Source: Macrostomum lignano
Lineage: Eukaryota
Assembly: GCA_002269645.1 (NCBI GenBank)
Contig: NIVC01000986.1
Coordinates: forward strand, 310,001-374,000
Length of the DNA stretch: 64,000 nucleotides
Direction of reading: 5' to 3'
The notes beneath the pieces are model-generated. The model had not been told where the DNA came from and did not search any database. It worked only from the letters and a program-made list of their open reading frames with translations. A program made the position numbers and the translations under genes. This document shows, in pieces, positions 44,203 to 57,000 of the stretch (position 1 is the first letter of the stretch; every line of letters starts with the position of its first letter).

Positions 44203-46073
44203 TTATATTGCTACAGGAGGTTTTTCTAAATAAGCGGTAGAGGGAAAAACATAACCAAACGATGTGCTACCACAAACGGCTGCGCCACGAATAAAATGTG
44301 CAGCATCCGATCCTCCAGTTCGAGCACCAAAACCCATAAGAGTTCCACTTTTATCCAAAGTTCCCCAAGTGCCACTATCATATGTGAAAACGTTCTGCCC
44401 AATGAGGGTATAAGAATCTGCTGAAACATTGTATAAACTTAATTGATACCAAACCCTTTGATTAAGAATATTGATTTCAAACAGATGCCAATCACCATTA
44501 TCAATGTTGGCGTAGGCTACTGTTTGATCCGCGTCATTAAGAACATCTTTACGAACCGTAGATCTGTCTGATTTTTTATTACTCCAAACAACTCCAAACC
44601 TATCATGCCACTCACTAGCAAACACTATCAATCCAGCGTCTGTTGCTAAATCAGTCCCATTTTCCAATGTTGGTCGTTCGTGACAATATGCATAAAACCA
44701 AACGGCATCTGCACCACTTCCTGTAGCATTAGCAACTCGGAAAAAGAAAGACGCAGATATATTTTGAAAATGTGTGAAATTGAATTGTAAAGCACCACTT
44801 ACACCTGAGGTTTCACGAGTAATTCTAGCACCATTTTGATAATCAATATAAGAAGCGTCGCCAATTAAAGACCCAACTAGATATATATCTCCGGCGGTTG
44901 TTGGATTTTGATATCCACTCCAGTTACAAATTACTGGCTCGAATAATGCGGCATCAATGGCGGGAATATTATCCAATTTGTTTTTATCGCCGGCAGACAT
45001 TCTACCATTTGAAGTTGGTGTTGCTACCTGATCTACGTACGCTCGCGGGGTTGCAGAAAGTATTTGATCGGCCAATTAAGATCTTGAATTTCAACTCGGT
45101 GTTCAAATAATTGTATTAGGCGAACTTCGATAGGTTGCGTAACTGTCCCACCAGTTGGGAACAAAACGCTATAATTTCCAAAAATTAACCGTTAAATTAG
45201 TTAACGCAAATGAAGTTGCTTGAATTGGTGATCCCGACGTTCGTAATACCGTCCATGCATCGGTAGCAACATTTTTTGCGCGCACCGACCACCCTGAGGG
45301 TATTTCAATTGTTGCGCTGCCTGTAATTCTTAATTCATTTATTCTTCGATTATAACCTAAAAATTCAAATTGAATTTCCATATTGGTTGTGGTTCCGGTA
45401 TTTGGTGACCATTGTGTCGCAAGGCTTCCATCTCCAACTCGAAAAGCATCGTTGGTATTTTCGGATGCTGTAAGAACAACATCAGGATTTGAAGTATTTG
45501 ATGTAAGCGGCGTGGCAAAAATATCGGCGTCAGTTACATTAGCTCGAGCGTTGACTTGGCCGAGATTTACCGAGTCTGTGTCCTCTGTTCCAAATAATAA
45601 ATTTGTTAATTTAAAATTATTCATATTAATATTGCCAGTACGACTACCAACCTGATTATCGACATAGTTCTTATCAACTACCGAGTTATTCGTTGTAATT
45701 GCAACATTTATAATTCGATTGTTATCCATATCTAAGGTTCCGGTTGCGGTGGTTTGAACATAGCGTGAATCAGAATCAGTTCGAGAATAAGAATCAGTTA
45801 TATCTCTTTTTAAATTTAACCCAGTGTCAACTTCTGTTCTCGTATATGAATCACTAATATCTCTTTTAAGATTTAATGAAGTGTCGATTTCGGTTTTGGT
45901 ATAGGAATCTGCAACATTTCTTTTTAAATTTAGTTTAGTATCAATTTCAGTTTTTTATAACCTTCATCTTCATTAATATATCGGTTATCTCCGAATGTAA
46001 CACTTATTCCGCCAGTTGTACCACCACCAGTACTTGTTGTTCCATTCCATGAGAGTGTTCCAGAAAATATCAT
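44203..46073 (-). CDS. Fibre/spike-like adhesin of about 620 aa (three apparent frameshifts): 19-aa stalk repeats, discoidin (F5/8C)-like and L-type lectin domains
   Basis: ATG at 46073; YTKTEIDTxLNLKRxxxDS repeats; GNINMNNFKLTNL...DSVNLGQV; ASE..NDAFRVGDG..TQW; ATPTSNGRMSAGDKNKLDNI; GSGADAVWF...GFGARTGG. Frameshifts at about 45955, 45180 and 45075. Confidence 0.75.
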
Positions 46074-46083
46074 TTTTTACTGC

Positions 46084-46497
46084 CTATTTTATAGAGTCTA
46101 AAATCGCCTTAAAGTCTTCGGGTCTTTCCTTAGATTTGTTAATTTTATATAAAAAATATAACGCCGCCTGTCCGCAATAACTTTTGTCAAATGTTAGAAA
46201 CTGTTCGTGATGATCTCCACATAATCGGTTTTTAGTATGATTAAATTTGTCTTTTATTTCCTGTAACGGAGGAAGGGCATATGAATCAAAAAAATAAACA
46301 AGTTTGGGTTTTGAATAAACTGCTGACCAATGAACGCCATAACATGAACATCCATATTTTGGTAAGTCTTTGATCTCATCTCGCATAACACATCTTAATG
46401 GTTTTATCTTTAGTTGTCGCGCCCAATTTGTCAATTCAATATTGCTTGTTGTGTCAGTTCCATATCTTTGTTTGAAATCGCCCCAAGTTATTACCAT
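46084..46497 (-). CDS. Adenain-like cysteine protease, possibly with an internal deletion
   Basis: GVHWSA, YFFDSY, EQF...SYCGQ. The usual I/VNLD segment before HW appears missing. Confidence 0.85.
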   Translation of the reverse strand: MVITWGDFKQRYGTDTTSNIELTNWARQLKIKPLRCVMRDEIKDLPKYGCSCYGVHWSAVYSKPKLVYFFDSYALPPLQEIKDKFNHTKNRLCGDHHEQFLTFDKSYCGQAALYFLYKINKSKERPEDFKAILDSIK

Positions 46498-46682
46498 TTT
46501 ATGTTGCTGAAAAACTCTTGGTTTTGGTTAGTTTCGTAGGTGTGGGTTTTAACAACTCCTTTCGGATTTTTTCTGCTTGAAGTTGTTTCAATTTTGTTAG
46601 TTCGATTTCATAATTATCCTTTGCATTTTGAACTTTATCTGATAGTTTTTTTATACCATTATTATTACCCATTTTTACTATA

Positions 46683-47468
46683 TTAAACCTGTTTTATACG
46701 TAAAATTACCGTTATTGACTGTCCGCCAAAACTTATTAACCTATCGCTTTCGTCTACGATCCTAATATAAATTGATAGAACACTATATTGATTTAAAGGA
46801 TAATATATTGGGGTTTGGGTTGCAACAATCATTTTCTCTCCAATTGGAACAGCAAGAAAGGGAATTGAATAAATGATGCCACGTTGAACCAAAACTCCGT
46901 TATCATCTGTTATATAACCGCCGTTTGATATGTCGGTTGTTATATTAATTGTATTGACTCCACCCTCAATGTTTCCCACTGTATCGCCGGTGCTTGATGT
47001 GGTAACTATTCGGGAATTAAATCCTAGTATGGTTCTGAGTGAATTTGCTATTGTGAAATCAACCTGATATCCAGATCCTAGTGATAGCGTGAATCTTCCC
47101 GATGGTAAATCAACCCCTATAACAATCGCGCCCGCTACCCAATCACCATTAGCTGTTAATTCTCCTTCTATATAAGCATTCAAATCGGTATAGCTATAAG
47201 CCCCTGGATTAACGCTAAATGTTGTCCAATTGGCTCCTGAATCTTTAGAATATCTAAATTGATTATTTGTTGCATTAATTAATTGAGGCATGTTAAAAAC
47301 TGAAAATAGTATCAAACCTATTTGATAACTTAGGCTTTGATCGAGTTGTAACGGATCGCGCAATTGAATCCGTTGCTCGCTGCTTGTCATTATAAACTGT
47401 AAGGTTGTACTAAATTTTGAATTAGTTCGATCTACCAATTGTTTTATAGTGTCTAAATTTGTTGCCAT
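46683..47468 (-). CDS. Minor capsid protein
   Basis: INATNNQFRYSKDSGANW...GAYSYTDLN...INITTDIS...IYSIP...IRIVDESDRLISF. Confidence 0.85.
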   Translation of the reverse strand: MATNLDTIKQLVDRTNSKFSTTLQFIMTSSEQRIQLRDPLQLDQSLSYQIGLILFSVFNMPQLINATNNQFRYSKDSGANWTTFSVNPGAYSYTDLNAYIEGELTANGDWVAGAIVIGVDLPSGRFTLSLGSGYQVDFTIANSLRTILGFNSRIVTTSSTGDTVGNIEGGVNTINITTDISNGGYITDDNGVLVQRGIIYSIPFLAVPIGEKMIVATQTPIYYPLNQYSVLSIYIRIVDESDRLISFGGQSITVILRIKQV

Positions 47469-47512
47469 TTTTATAGTGGGAATTGTGCTTTAATCAGCCC
47501 ATGGGCTGCAGA

Positions 47513-48285
47513 CTAAGACTGATCCTCGTCCTCGTTATCTTCATTTATCAGATTTTTAAAGATTCGATTTTTCCTTTCAAGTCTTGGGTTGATATATATG
47601 TGTTTGTATTGACTATCATCCCAAATTTTTTTACTCATACTTTTAAATGGTTTTGTATCCAACCCAGGATTAAATATAGCGTGTATATTTTGTAGATCGT
47701 AGTTATCCAAATCAAACATTACACAACAACTTGCATTCTTTTTTATAATCGGTTCTAATTCTCTAAAGGACTGTGTTAGATAAACAGCTCCAATTCCATC
47801 ACCTCTGCCACTAACAAAATTTCCTTTTGCAATTCTTGATCGCCATCGTTAATACAATCGTCAAAAATATTTAGTGTTTTATCATGTTTTGGAATTTGAT
47901 CGTAGGATAATCGGGTTGATACTCTAACATTTGGGGCTCGGTTGTTAGTGATAGTGTTTTCTGGATCTTCTGCCGTTGTTTTACATAAATCCTCAATGTC
48001 TGATAGAGTAAATCGCGGTTCGTCAACATCCTCATATTTCTCATAAGCCCTTAACATTCTAAACAAGATATCTTTTTTTAATTTGTTTTTTAATCCATGT
48101 TTAAGAAATTCATAATATTTTATTCTAGGTTTGTTAGTATATATTAATAAATTATTATAGTCTAACATTCCGTCGGTTGTTAACAGGTCATAAACAAAGT
48201 GTGTTTTTCCTTTACCTGACCCTTCAATTACTAAACAAAGAAAAGGATCGTTTGGAAATATAATATTGTGTTTTGCTTTTACCAT
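47513..48285 (-). pseudogene. Packaging ATPase (frameshift at about 47820; Walker A reads IEGSGKGKT)
   Basis: Walker B LNIFDD; the shifted frame gives FVSGRG...VYLTQSF...KKNASCCVMF and joins ORF 47513-47719. Confidence 0.88.
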
Positions 48286-48304
48286 TTTTAAGGAAATAAT
48301 TTAT

Positions 48305-49786
48305 CTAATTTTTATCTAAGGGCACATCCCAAACGATAGTGCCGTCTGCTTTAGCAATTGACATATATTCCTCTAGAAACAATACGTGGGCGTCTATTGC
48401 CTGATTGCTGGTTTTATTAATCTCTAACATATAATTAAGTCCAACATTGGATACGTTTTCTTTCTGTGCCATTAGATCATAAACAACCACTGGGTGAATG
48501 TTTAGAAACTCTGTGGTTGTGTACTGAGGGACAGCATACGCTTCATTTTTGACATAATCCTGATAATATTTTATAAAATCATTGACATCATTATTTGCTA
48601 TGTTTAGATTAAGGGGGTCTTTAACCGGATAATATTTGTCATCAACCTGCAGGCGGATATTCTGAACATTAAACTCGTTAATAGCCGAAACCGCGTTGTC
48701 GGTTGCGGTGGCTGCTTGTGCTGCTATGTCACCCAATTGAAGCCAATATAAATCCCCATTTGCTCTTTTACTCCTTCTGTTTGTTATCTTAAACCAAACA
48801 AAAATATATCTCACCCGACGTTTTGATGTAATTATCTGCCACTGGAACGAATCCTGGTTATTATTAATGGTTCGCATAAAGTGTCGACGATTCAAATAAA
48901 ATATTTCTTGATCAACCATTAACTGATTATCGACATGTTTTAAAAGCGGCGCCGTTAGCTCGAGTTTTGGCACGACTAATTGAATTGATGCTATGCGAAC
49001 TGCTATATCGGTTGAAATCGAGGTTCCATAAAGTATCCTAGGCTGATATCCACCAGAAATTTGCAACTGTATCCCAAATTTTAATCCTTTCCATACCCGA
49101 TTTGGTGAGAAGAACCCAAATAGTGGGAAGATTGAAAAGTCCTGCTCATATGCGGTTGCTGTGGTTAAAACCGCGACTGGGAATTTATTCTGACGATCTA
49201 TAAAACCTGTATTAATATATTTTGTGTTAGTCATGGTGGTTACAACTGGAACTATATTGGTATTAAGATAAGCAATAAGAGCTGCGGTATCTGCGCCAGC
49301 TGCATTTTGTACGTTAGGGAAAACTACTGCTTGACCATTACCCTTATCAGGCATCCATCCAACACTATCACCAACTTGTTTTGATAAATAAGTATAATTT
49401 AAATGTTTCAAAACTCCATTAATCTCTGCTGGGTTTGATGCTGTCTCAACCTCGGCTCCATTAACTGTTAGTTGGGCTTGGGAAAAACATTTATAAAACC
49501 AATCATTTTCTATAATAATACCAGAACGATCTGCGATATCGCCGGCTGCAAGAGCGGTTCCATCATTTCTGGTATACAACCATCTAACGCGGAAAAATGC
49601 GTTTTTCATATCCAAAACGCTGTCGGCCGCGCCAATGTCAAAAGTTACCGTTCCGGTAGTAAAGTTATTTGAATTATCGCTTGTTGTTAGAGTATAATTT
49701 AAATCTCTTGCCCTGACCTCATTAATATACTGACGATGCTTTTTGAAATGAAATTTATCGCTCCATATGGTTTTTGTTTCAGCCAT
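48305..49786 (-). CDS. Major capsid protein
   Basis: 493 aa; FSQAQLTVNGAEVE, LVVPKLEL, FQWQI...RYIFVWF, RLQVDDKYYP, VVYDL; located next to the ATPase and minor capsid. Confidence 0.88.
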   Translation of the reverse strand: MAETKTIWSDKFHFKKHRQYINEVRARDLNYTLTTSDNSNNFTTGTVTFDIGAADSVLDMKNAFFRVRWLYTRNDGTALAAGDIADRSGIIIENDWFYKCFSQAQLTVNGAEVETASNPAEINGVLKHLNYTYLSKQVGDSVGWMPDKGNGQAVVFPNVQNAAGADTAALIAYLNTNIVPVVTTMTNTKYINTGFIDRQNKFPVAVLTTATAYEQDFSIFPLFGFFSPNRVWKGLKFGIQLQISGGYQPRILYGTSISTDIAVRIASIQLVVPKLELTAPLLKHVDNQLMVDQEIFYLNRRHFMRTINNNQDSFQWQIITSKRRVRYIFVWFKITNRRSKRANGDLYWLQLGDIAAQAATATDNAVSAINEFNVQNIRLQVDDKYYPVKDPLNLNIANNDVNDFIKYYQDYVKNEAYAVPQYTTTEFLNIHPVVVYDLMAQKENVSNVGLNYMLEINKTSNQAIDAHVLFLEEYMSIAKADGTIVWDVPLDKN

Positions 49787-49820
49787 TTTTTTAAGTTAAA
49801 AAAGTTTTTTATGTTAAAAA

Positions 49821-50444
49821 ATGAGTCAATTTATGGATGTTGATGGAGAGTTAGCGATTTATAAAGAGAAGCAAAGATATTCTGATTTTGTTAGAAACTT
49901 ACAAAAAAGAAAGTTAGGAATACAATTAGCTGGCGAAAAATTTGCTGCTCCTTTTGTTAATCCTATAATGGGGAAAATTAGTGAACTAGAAAAAACAGAT
50001 AAAGACCTTCTTGAAAAAATTGCTAAGAATACGGAGCCAAAAGAGGATGAAATTTTGGATGAGCCGCCTGCTTATGATGTTGATCAAGCGCTATTGAGAG
50101 TTGCAGAGATTAGACGTGCAGAGCGGGGTGGAGTTGATGAATATCCGAGAGCTGCACCACAAAGTATTGCTGTGGTGGATTTAGGTAATGATAATTATCG
50201 AATTGGTGGATTTGATAAAAATCGGAATGAGCTATATAGAGAATTGGGTGGAGCATATAATATTATTATGAACCCTAGGGTAAGATTTAACCCTGAATTA
50301 TATACTAGGGATGAATTAGTAAGTGCTAAAAATTTTTATGATGAATTAGGAGTAAGAGCTGCTAAAAATACCAGCTTGTATAAAAGGATTGTTGATTCTA
50401 TAAATAACAAACCGGCTGTTGGTGAAGGATTTAAAACTCCGTGA
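49821..50444 (+). CDS. Hypothetical conserved Maverick protein
   Basis: Intact 207-aa ORF divergent from the MCP; C-terminal GEGF motif. Confidence 0.6.
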   Translation: MSQFMDVDGELAIYKEKQRYSDFVRNLQKRKLGIQLAGEKFAAPFVNPIMGKISELEKTDKDLLEKIAKNTEPKEDEILDEPPAYDVDQALLRVAEIRRAERGGVDEYPRAAPQSIAVVDLGNDNYRIGGFDKNRNELYRELGGAYNIIMNPRVRFNPELYTRDELVSAKNFYDELGVRAAKNTSLYKRIVDSINNKPAVGEGFKTP

Positions 50445-50512
50445 AAACTTGTTTTAGCTGCTGCGAAAGCTGCTGGACATACGGGAATTTAGTTAAATTT
50501 ATTTTTTATAAA

Positions 50513-51085
50513 ATGGAAACTAAAAAGATTTGTACTAAGTGTAAAGAAGAAAAACCAATGACTAAAGAGTTTTTTTGTTGGAGAAATGATTCAAAAAAAA
50601 TTAGAAATGATTGTCGATTGTGTCATAATACTTCGTCTACGATGTGGATGAAAAACAATAAAGATAAATGGAAAGAATATAGAAAAAATAAATATCACAC
50701 TGATGAAAATTACAAAAATATTACTTTAATTAGAAATAGAATAAATAGGTCATTATCAACTTTTAATGACAAGGACTATATCTCATATCTTGGTTGTACA
50801 AAAGAATTCTTTTTTGATTGGCTAAATTTTACAAGAAATTATTATGTGTCAAAAGATTATGATGGTGCTTTACATATTGATCATTTAATTCCAGCTTCTT
50901 CATTTAGTTACAAAGACGAACATCAGATGAAAAAGTCTGAACATTGGACAAATAAAAGATACTTAACTAGTGTAGATAATTACTATAAAAAAGTTAAACA
51001 ACCAACCATCGAAGAGTTTGCAAAACAATTAGTGTTAACTTGTATTTTTAAGGCTATTAAAAATGAGCAATCAATTAGTATTTGA
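50513..51085 (+). CDS. HNH-type (viral homing-like) endonuclease with N-terminal zinc ribbon
   Basis: CTKC...CRLC, YLGC, HIDHLIP...HWTN...DN. ATG at 50513; the end overlaps the PLA2 start. Confidence 0.82.
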   Translation: METKKICTKCKEEKPMTKEFFCWRNDSKKIRNDCRLCHNTSSTMWMKNNKDKWKEYRKNKYHTDENYKNITLIRNRINRSLSTFNDKDYISYLGCTKEFFFDWLNFTRNYYVSKDYDGALHIDHLIPASSFSYKDEHQMKKSEHWTNKRYLTSVDNYYKKVKQPTIEEFAKQLVLTCIFKAIKNEQSISI

Positions 51086-54000
51086 AGGAGGATTGTTGGA
51101 TGTTCAAAAAGGATTAACAAGCTTACCACCAATCTTTACTACTGGGAAGCATACAAATGAACTACATATTCCAGGCTATTCATTTACAGGTTAACCCGTG
51201 GCCTGAGTGGTAGAAGCAAAGCTACTGCTAGTCACTATTTGTGGCGACATCTTCAAATTGCGTGAAACCCGTCATACAGCTTCAAGTACCACTTCAACTG
51301 AGAAATCTTTTGAAGGCCCTACTCTCCTTGCATGGATAAATCATGGATGAAGCATCCATGATGCCATGTATGGATCATACCTGAACATGTATGGAGCCAT
51401 ACCTGATCATACATGGTTCCACGTAAACTTCATCCATGGTTACTTTCCATCCATGTACATTGATGTATGATTTTAAATATAATTTTCCTTACTACACTAC
51501 TGTTAGTAGAACGCAATGTTTGCGTAGGTTCATTTTAAAGCTGAAATTTTCTAAACAAATTCGGCAGCATCTTTAGTGCTGCTGAGAAATATGTTTCCAT
51601 TCCCTTATAAATCACTTTCAAAACAAAAAAGTATCAGAACAAATACTTATGCAATTAAATGTAGAAGTAATTGAAAACTCGTATGATGACCATTTCGAGA
51701 CTTATATTATTAATGATAATTAGGCATAATTCATTTCAAAGTACTGTAAGAAAAAATAAGACAGCTCAGTCTCAGAGAGCTTTAAAATACAGAATGGACA
51801 GAATTTGACGCATTTCAAGGTACTGTAAGAAAAAATAAGACAGCTCAGAGAGCTTTAAAATACAGAATAGACAGAATTTGACGCATTTCAAGGTACTGTA
51901 AGAAAAAATAAAACAGCTCAGAGAGCTTTAAAATACAGAATAGACAGAATTTGACGCATTTCAAGGTACTGTAAGAAAAAATAAAACAGCTCAGAGAGCT
52001 TTAAAATACAGAATAGACAGAATTTGACGCATTTCAAGGTACTGTAAGAAAAAATAAAACAGCTCAGAGAGCTTTAAAATACAGAATAGACAGAATTTGA
52101 CGCATTTCAAGGTACTGTAAGAAAAATAAAACAGCTCAGAGAGCTTTAAGATACAGAATAGACAGAATTTGACGCATTTCAAGGTACTGTAAGAAAAAAT
52201 AAAACAGCTCAGAGAGCTTTAAGATACAGAATAGACAGAATTTGACGCATTTCAAGGTACTGTAAGAAAAAATAAAACAGTAAATTTTACTGAACAGTCA
52301 ATAAATAGAATTAGCCGAATTCGGTACGCATTAAGGGCAAGGGCCGACTAATCCTTTACGAAACGAAGTTAATGCTGCATTAGTCAATTATTTGCGCACA
52401 GAAACTTGGAGATTTTGAATATGGAGAGATCGGACAAAGAGAGGTAACGGTGGGAGTCTGAGAGGGAGGAAGTTGGGCATCTGGAAAGTTATTCTGATTC
52501 CCTGATGGTTTTATCTTGGTCATGGAGCATAATTTTATTTTCTGCCAGACTTTGCAGCATTAATAATAAAATAATCGGATCTAAGGTACGGACACATACT
52601 CGTACCTTTTTAATCATGTTCAAACTCTTTGAACAATGGCACAGCGCAATAACAGTCTTTGCTGAACGATTCTACTGGAACAGCGATGCAGGGTCGATCG
52701 ACCTCTGAAAAATTAACTATACGTTCGCGTCTGGCCGATCTGGGCGCATTAGACAGGGATATCAATACAAAATTGAATGTCGAAGACTTTTTGAACATGG
52801 ATTCCAGCAATGCTTTCCAATTAAGTAAATCGATGGGGAAAGTTGCTGCTGGTACTCGTAAAACAAAATCAAACAGCGAACCAATGGGATCCAAAATTTG
52901 CACTCGAATAGTATTAGGCTCGAGGAACTCTGCAATAGTGCAGATTTCGCCGGACTTCAATTGGCAAAGATGGTTAGAATTTTTCGACGCACAAGCTGAG
53001 CTTGTCGAGAAAAAATGTCCATTAAAATAAGCAAGTGAGTTTCGAAGAATACCATGTGGCCTGGATGGCTCTAAAGATATAGAGTTAACTGCATCCACTA
53101 CAATAGAGTCCTTAACACAAGAAAAGTAGTGATGTAGCAACTTTTGAAACAAAAACTTGCGAACAAGCTGTGGGCCAAATGACACAGTTCCGCATAAGAA
53201 CTTTTTGAACATGCCAATGGAGCTCTCAAATGCGAACATAGAATAATTAAATACAGGTCCGTACAATTCGTACTGTTCAGCCATATGCAAAAGCAGGTGG
53301 AAATTAAGGCGGAGTACTTTCGGTCCGAATATTTGCTGAGCATTGGAGATAAAAGCTTTGCATAGCTTTTCGATATCAGTCTTATTTGATTGGGGGCTAT
53401 ACAACATGTGATAAATAAGAACTAAATTAGTTAACAGCAGTTTCAATGGAAAATGCGAAATTCTCTGCAAAAACGTAGGAAGAAGAAAGTATAGCGCAAA
53501 GTTTTTAAAATGCTTTGCTTTCCAATCTGAAAAGCCTTTAAAATTTGTGTTGATTGTGATGCTAGAAGGAGTTATAGATTGACGAATACAATTAGATATG
53601 AAATCCATGCAATTAGCTGAGCAAAAATACAACTCGCGCCTGTTTGCAGGTAATGACAGCTCTTCTAGTAGATACTTGGTGTGGCCTTCGAAAAAGCAGT
53701 GTAAACTGTCAATAGGATTGCAGCTGGGAAACGGAACATAGTCTAACAAGCAACTGCGCATCTTTACGCCAAAAACAGGCCGATTTCGAATTTGTGCGAG
53801 CCGACAGTGTTCAAGATGGGAAGATGGGTTTCTCAAAGGAAACAAGTAGCCTTCACCATAGCGGAAGATCCAGTTTTTACCTTTCTCGGATACTTTAAAG
53901 CTCTCACCTGGGTGCAAGCACCTAGGACAGCTAAACGCACCATTGTACTGGTGAATGCAGAAGAGCTTAGCAAGAGCGGGCAAGTCACAAACAAAGAGTG

Positions 54001-57000
54001 TGTAATGGACATGAACGGTGTATTCCGAGAATATAAACTGTTTTGGCAAATTGTTCATAATTTCAGACAGAAAAGACTGGAAATGCGGGACTGCCTTCGA
54101 TGAAACAAGAGCAATTAGAATTAAATTTGCAAAGCGTTGACGGATGTAAACAGGAAGGTTTAGAAGTTGAGCCTGAAATGGCCAAAAGCTACTCTGAACA
54201 GATTCAAAAAAATTGGCGCCATCAGCTGAGATTAGAAGATGCAAGTGAAGCGACTTGCCAGAAGATAGGCTTAAGCCTTGTTCTTTAACTATTTTGGAAT
54301 TCAAAACGTCTGTGTTTTTATCCTTTTGCAATTCTTGCTCATACTGCAGAATAGTTGAAGTGTGGCTGCTTAAGATAGTCCGCAGCTGTGGAACAATATT
54401 GAGCTGTGTCACAGCAACCTTTGACTTTGGGGAATGAACCTGACACTGGCTTTTGCATTCTGGGCAAAAGCCAAATTCAGACACGTCACTATCATCAAGA
54501 GGGCAAGTATCTTGAATCAATGATTTGAGCAACTTGACGCTATTTGGAAGAGCTAGAGAATCTCTACTAAAAATAGAAAGTAGCTTCAGGAGTCTATCAA
54601 GAGCAGCCTCTGAAACTCCGGAAGTAATTGCCCACTGAAAAATCAGAGCCGCCTGCACACTGGGATCTGAGATGGAAGCCAAATTCGCTAAGCTATCTGA
54701 ACTCTCCTCAAGCACAGGCACAGCATTGTTTTCACCAATAAAAGTTTCCACAGCGTCAGGACAGCTGTGCGAGTGCGTTACACCGGCTTCGCTTGAAATT
54801 GAACTCCTATTACTTGTAGAAAAACTATTTGAGGGAGAAGAAATCGCCTGACAAGAGTAGGCTGAGTAATTAGTAGAAAGAGAGTGCTCAGATTCTGATT
54901 TACTAGACATAAAAATAGCAATTCAAATATTCAAAAGTTACTAGAATTTTTTCCGCAATTCACGGTCCCATTCGCCTTGAGCGGGAAATGGAATCCCCTG
55001 ACTCGGGTCCAGAAGCAGCAGTTGAAGTTCGCTTTCTCGCCCGTGTCTCCTCCCTGGCCAGCTGATTGAGATGGTCTCGTACAGACTTCCAGATTTCGTG
55101 GAAGTCGTAGCCAGATGTTCGATAGCACAATTGAAGCAAACCTGAAAATTCACGAGTATAGTAAAATATTTTTACAATAGACATTGTGTACTGTGTTTAT
55201 AGTAGAAATAGGCTAAATTTAAAAGGAAGTTGATTTATGATGCTAATCATTAAATAGGTCAATGGGATGTATTGAACTTTAGAACTATTTTTCCTCAATT
55301 TCTTTTATCTCAGACCTAAATGTGTTTTTTTAGAAAATATCCCAAGTATTGGATTCAGATCATTTAGCATTAATTAGCCTAAATTGCTTTATAATAAAAA
55401 AATTGCACAAAACTGTGAAAAAATTATATATATATATTTACGTTGAAACTCTGTCACATGCTCAGATGGAGCAGGCCTTCGGGAACTGCGAGCACCACAG
55501 GATGAATCGATTATATGCTCAAGCAAGTAGCCTTCGCCAAATCGCAGCTTGATATACCTTCGGAGGAACACCTTAGGATCGTTGCAAAGAATTGAAGACA
55601 GCTCAGCTAGGGAACCATCAATGCACCTAAATTCCTAAAAAATGTTATTATATAGTAGAACTTTTATACTACAGACGTGATGCTGCTGATGCTAAGAAAA
55701 AACTGACATACCTCATTTTGGTATTCTTTAATTGTTAGCATTCCACCAAAGTTGTCATCCTTTTTTAAAAGTCGGCATATCCTTGCAGCAAGACGCTTCT
55801 CAAGAGAAAGCAACTCGGATTGAATGAACAGTTTTAGATCTAGAGTAAGATATATGCTCATATATAAAAATATGGTGATTTTGATTTTTAATAATGTGAT
55901 TGTATCATATTAAAAAAATAAAATTATACCTTTCATTGTTGCATCCGATTCACTGTTTACTATCTGTACCCCTCGGAGGGGTTGCACTTCTTGAATTGCA
56001 CCTAGTGATAAAAAAGGCTTATTGCTACAAAAATATTGACTCATTTGGTATTTGGTTTTCAATTAGGTGTAATAGAATATACAAACTTGATTCCAAGAGG
56101 CCTGTGGCACGAGCTTGCTCATTTTCAACCAAAGATGCCTCTCTCTCAAATGCAGAAATGGCTTTTTCTAAAAAATAATAATTAATCAAATAATACAACA
56201 AAAAAAACAAATTGCAAACAATTAATAGTTCATATATATTGCAGTTTTACCCATTGATTGAGTAGCTGGTATCGCCAAATTTGGTTCGCCACTTTCACTA
56301 TCCACTTCATAAAGCTCGTCAAGTAGTCCATGCTGATGACAACTAGAACTTGAAGCAACCTGCTTTGAACTAGATGACCTTATTGTCCTTACATTTGCAA
56401 TGCCAGCTTGGGGATCTTTCATTGCAAAAAGCTCAATAGCTTGGCTAATCAATGAATCAGTATTTTCAGCCTCACTAACCAAGTTGGAAAGTTGGTTCAT
56501 AGTTGAAGCCATTTGCCTTTCACTACCTTTTGCCACAAGTGTAGCAGAAAATAGTTTGCCATACATGCGTAAAAAGACTTTAGTCCCCTAAAATATAATT
56601 TAATAAAGTAATATTACATTTGTAGTTGGAATAATTTGTTTTAGAAACCATGTACTCAATAACAAAATATTATGCATATAAATCCAACTTAAAATCTTAC
56701 TTGTGCAAGTTCCAACTTTTCATCATTAGTTATTGTACTTGGCCAATAGGGAGACCCAAATGCAATGGTCACATATTGCTCATCATGGCCAACATTGTGA
56801 AGAATAAAGCAGAAAAACAATGCTGAATTGTCATTTCCAAATTTAGAAGTACTTTTTGTCTGCTTTCGAAGAGGCCTAGAATTAGATGCACTTAATCCAA
56901 TATCATCCATAACAATTTGTTCTGAAAAAGTTTCACAAGGAGATAAGGTTTGAAGAATCAATCAAGAGGCCAATGACAAACCAATTAGAATTGTATATAA

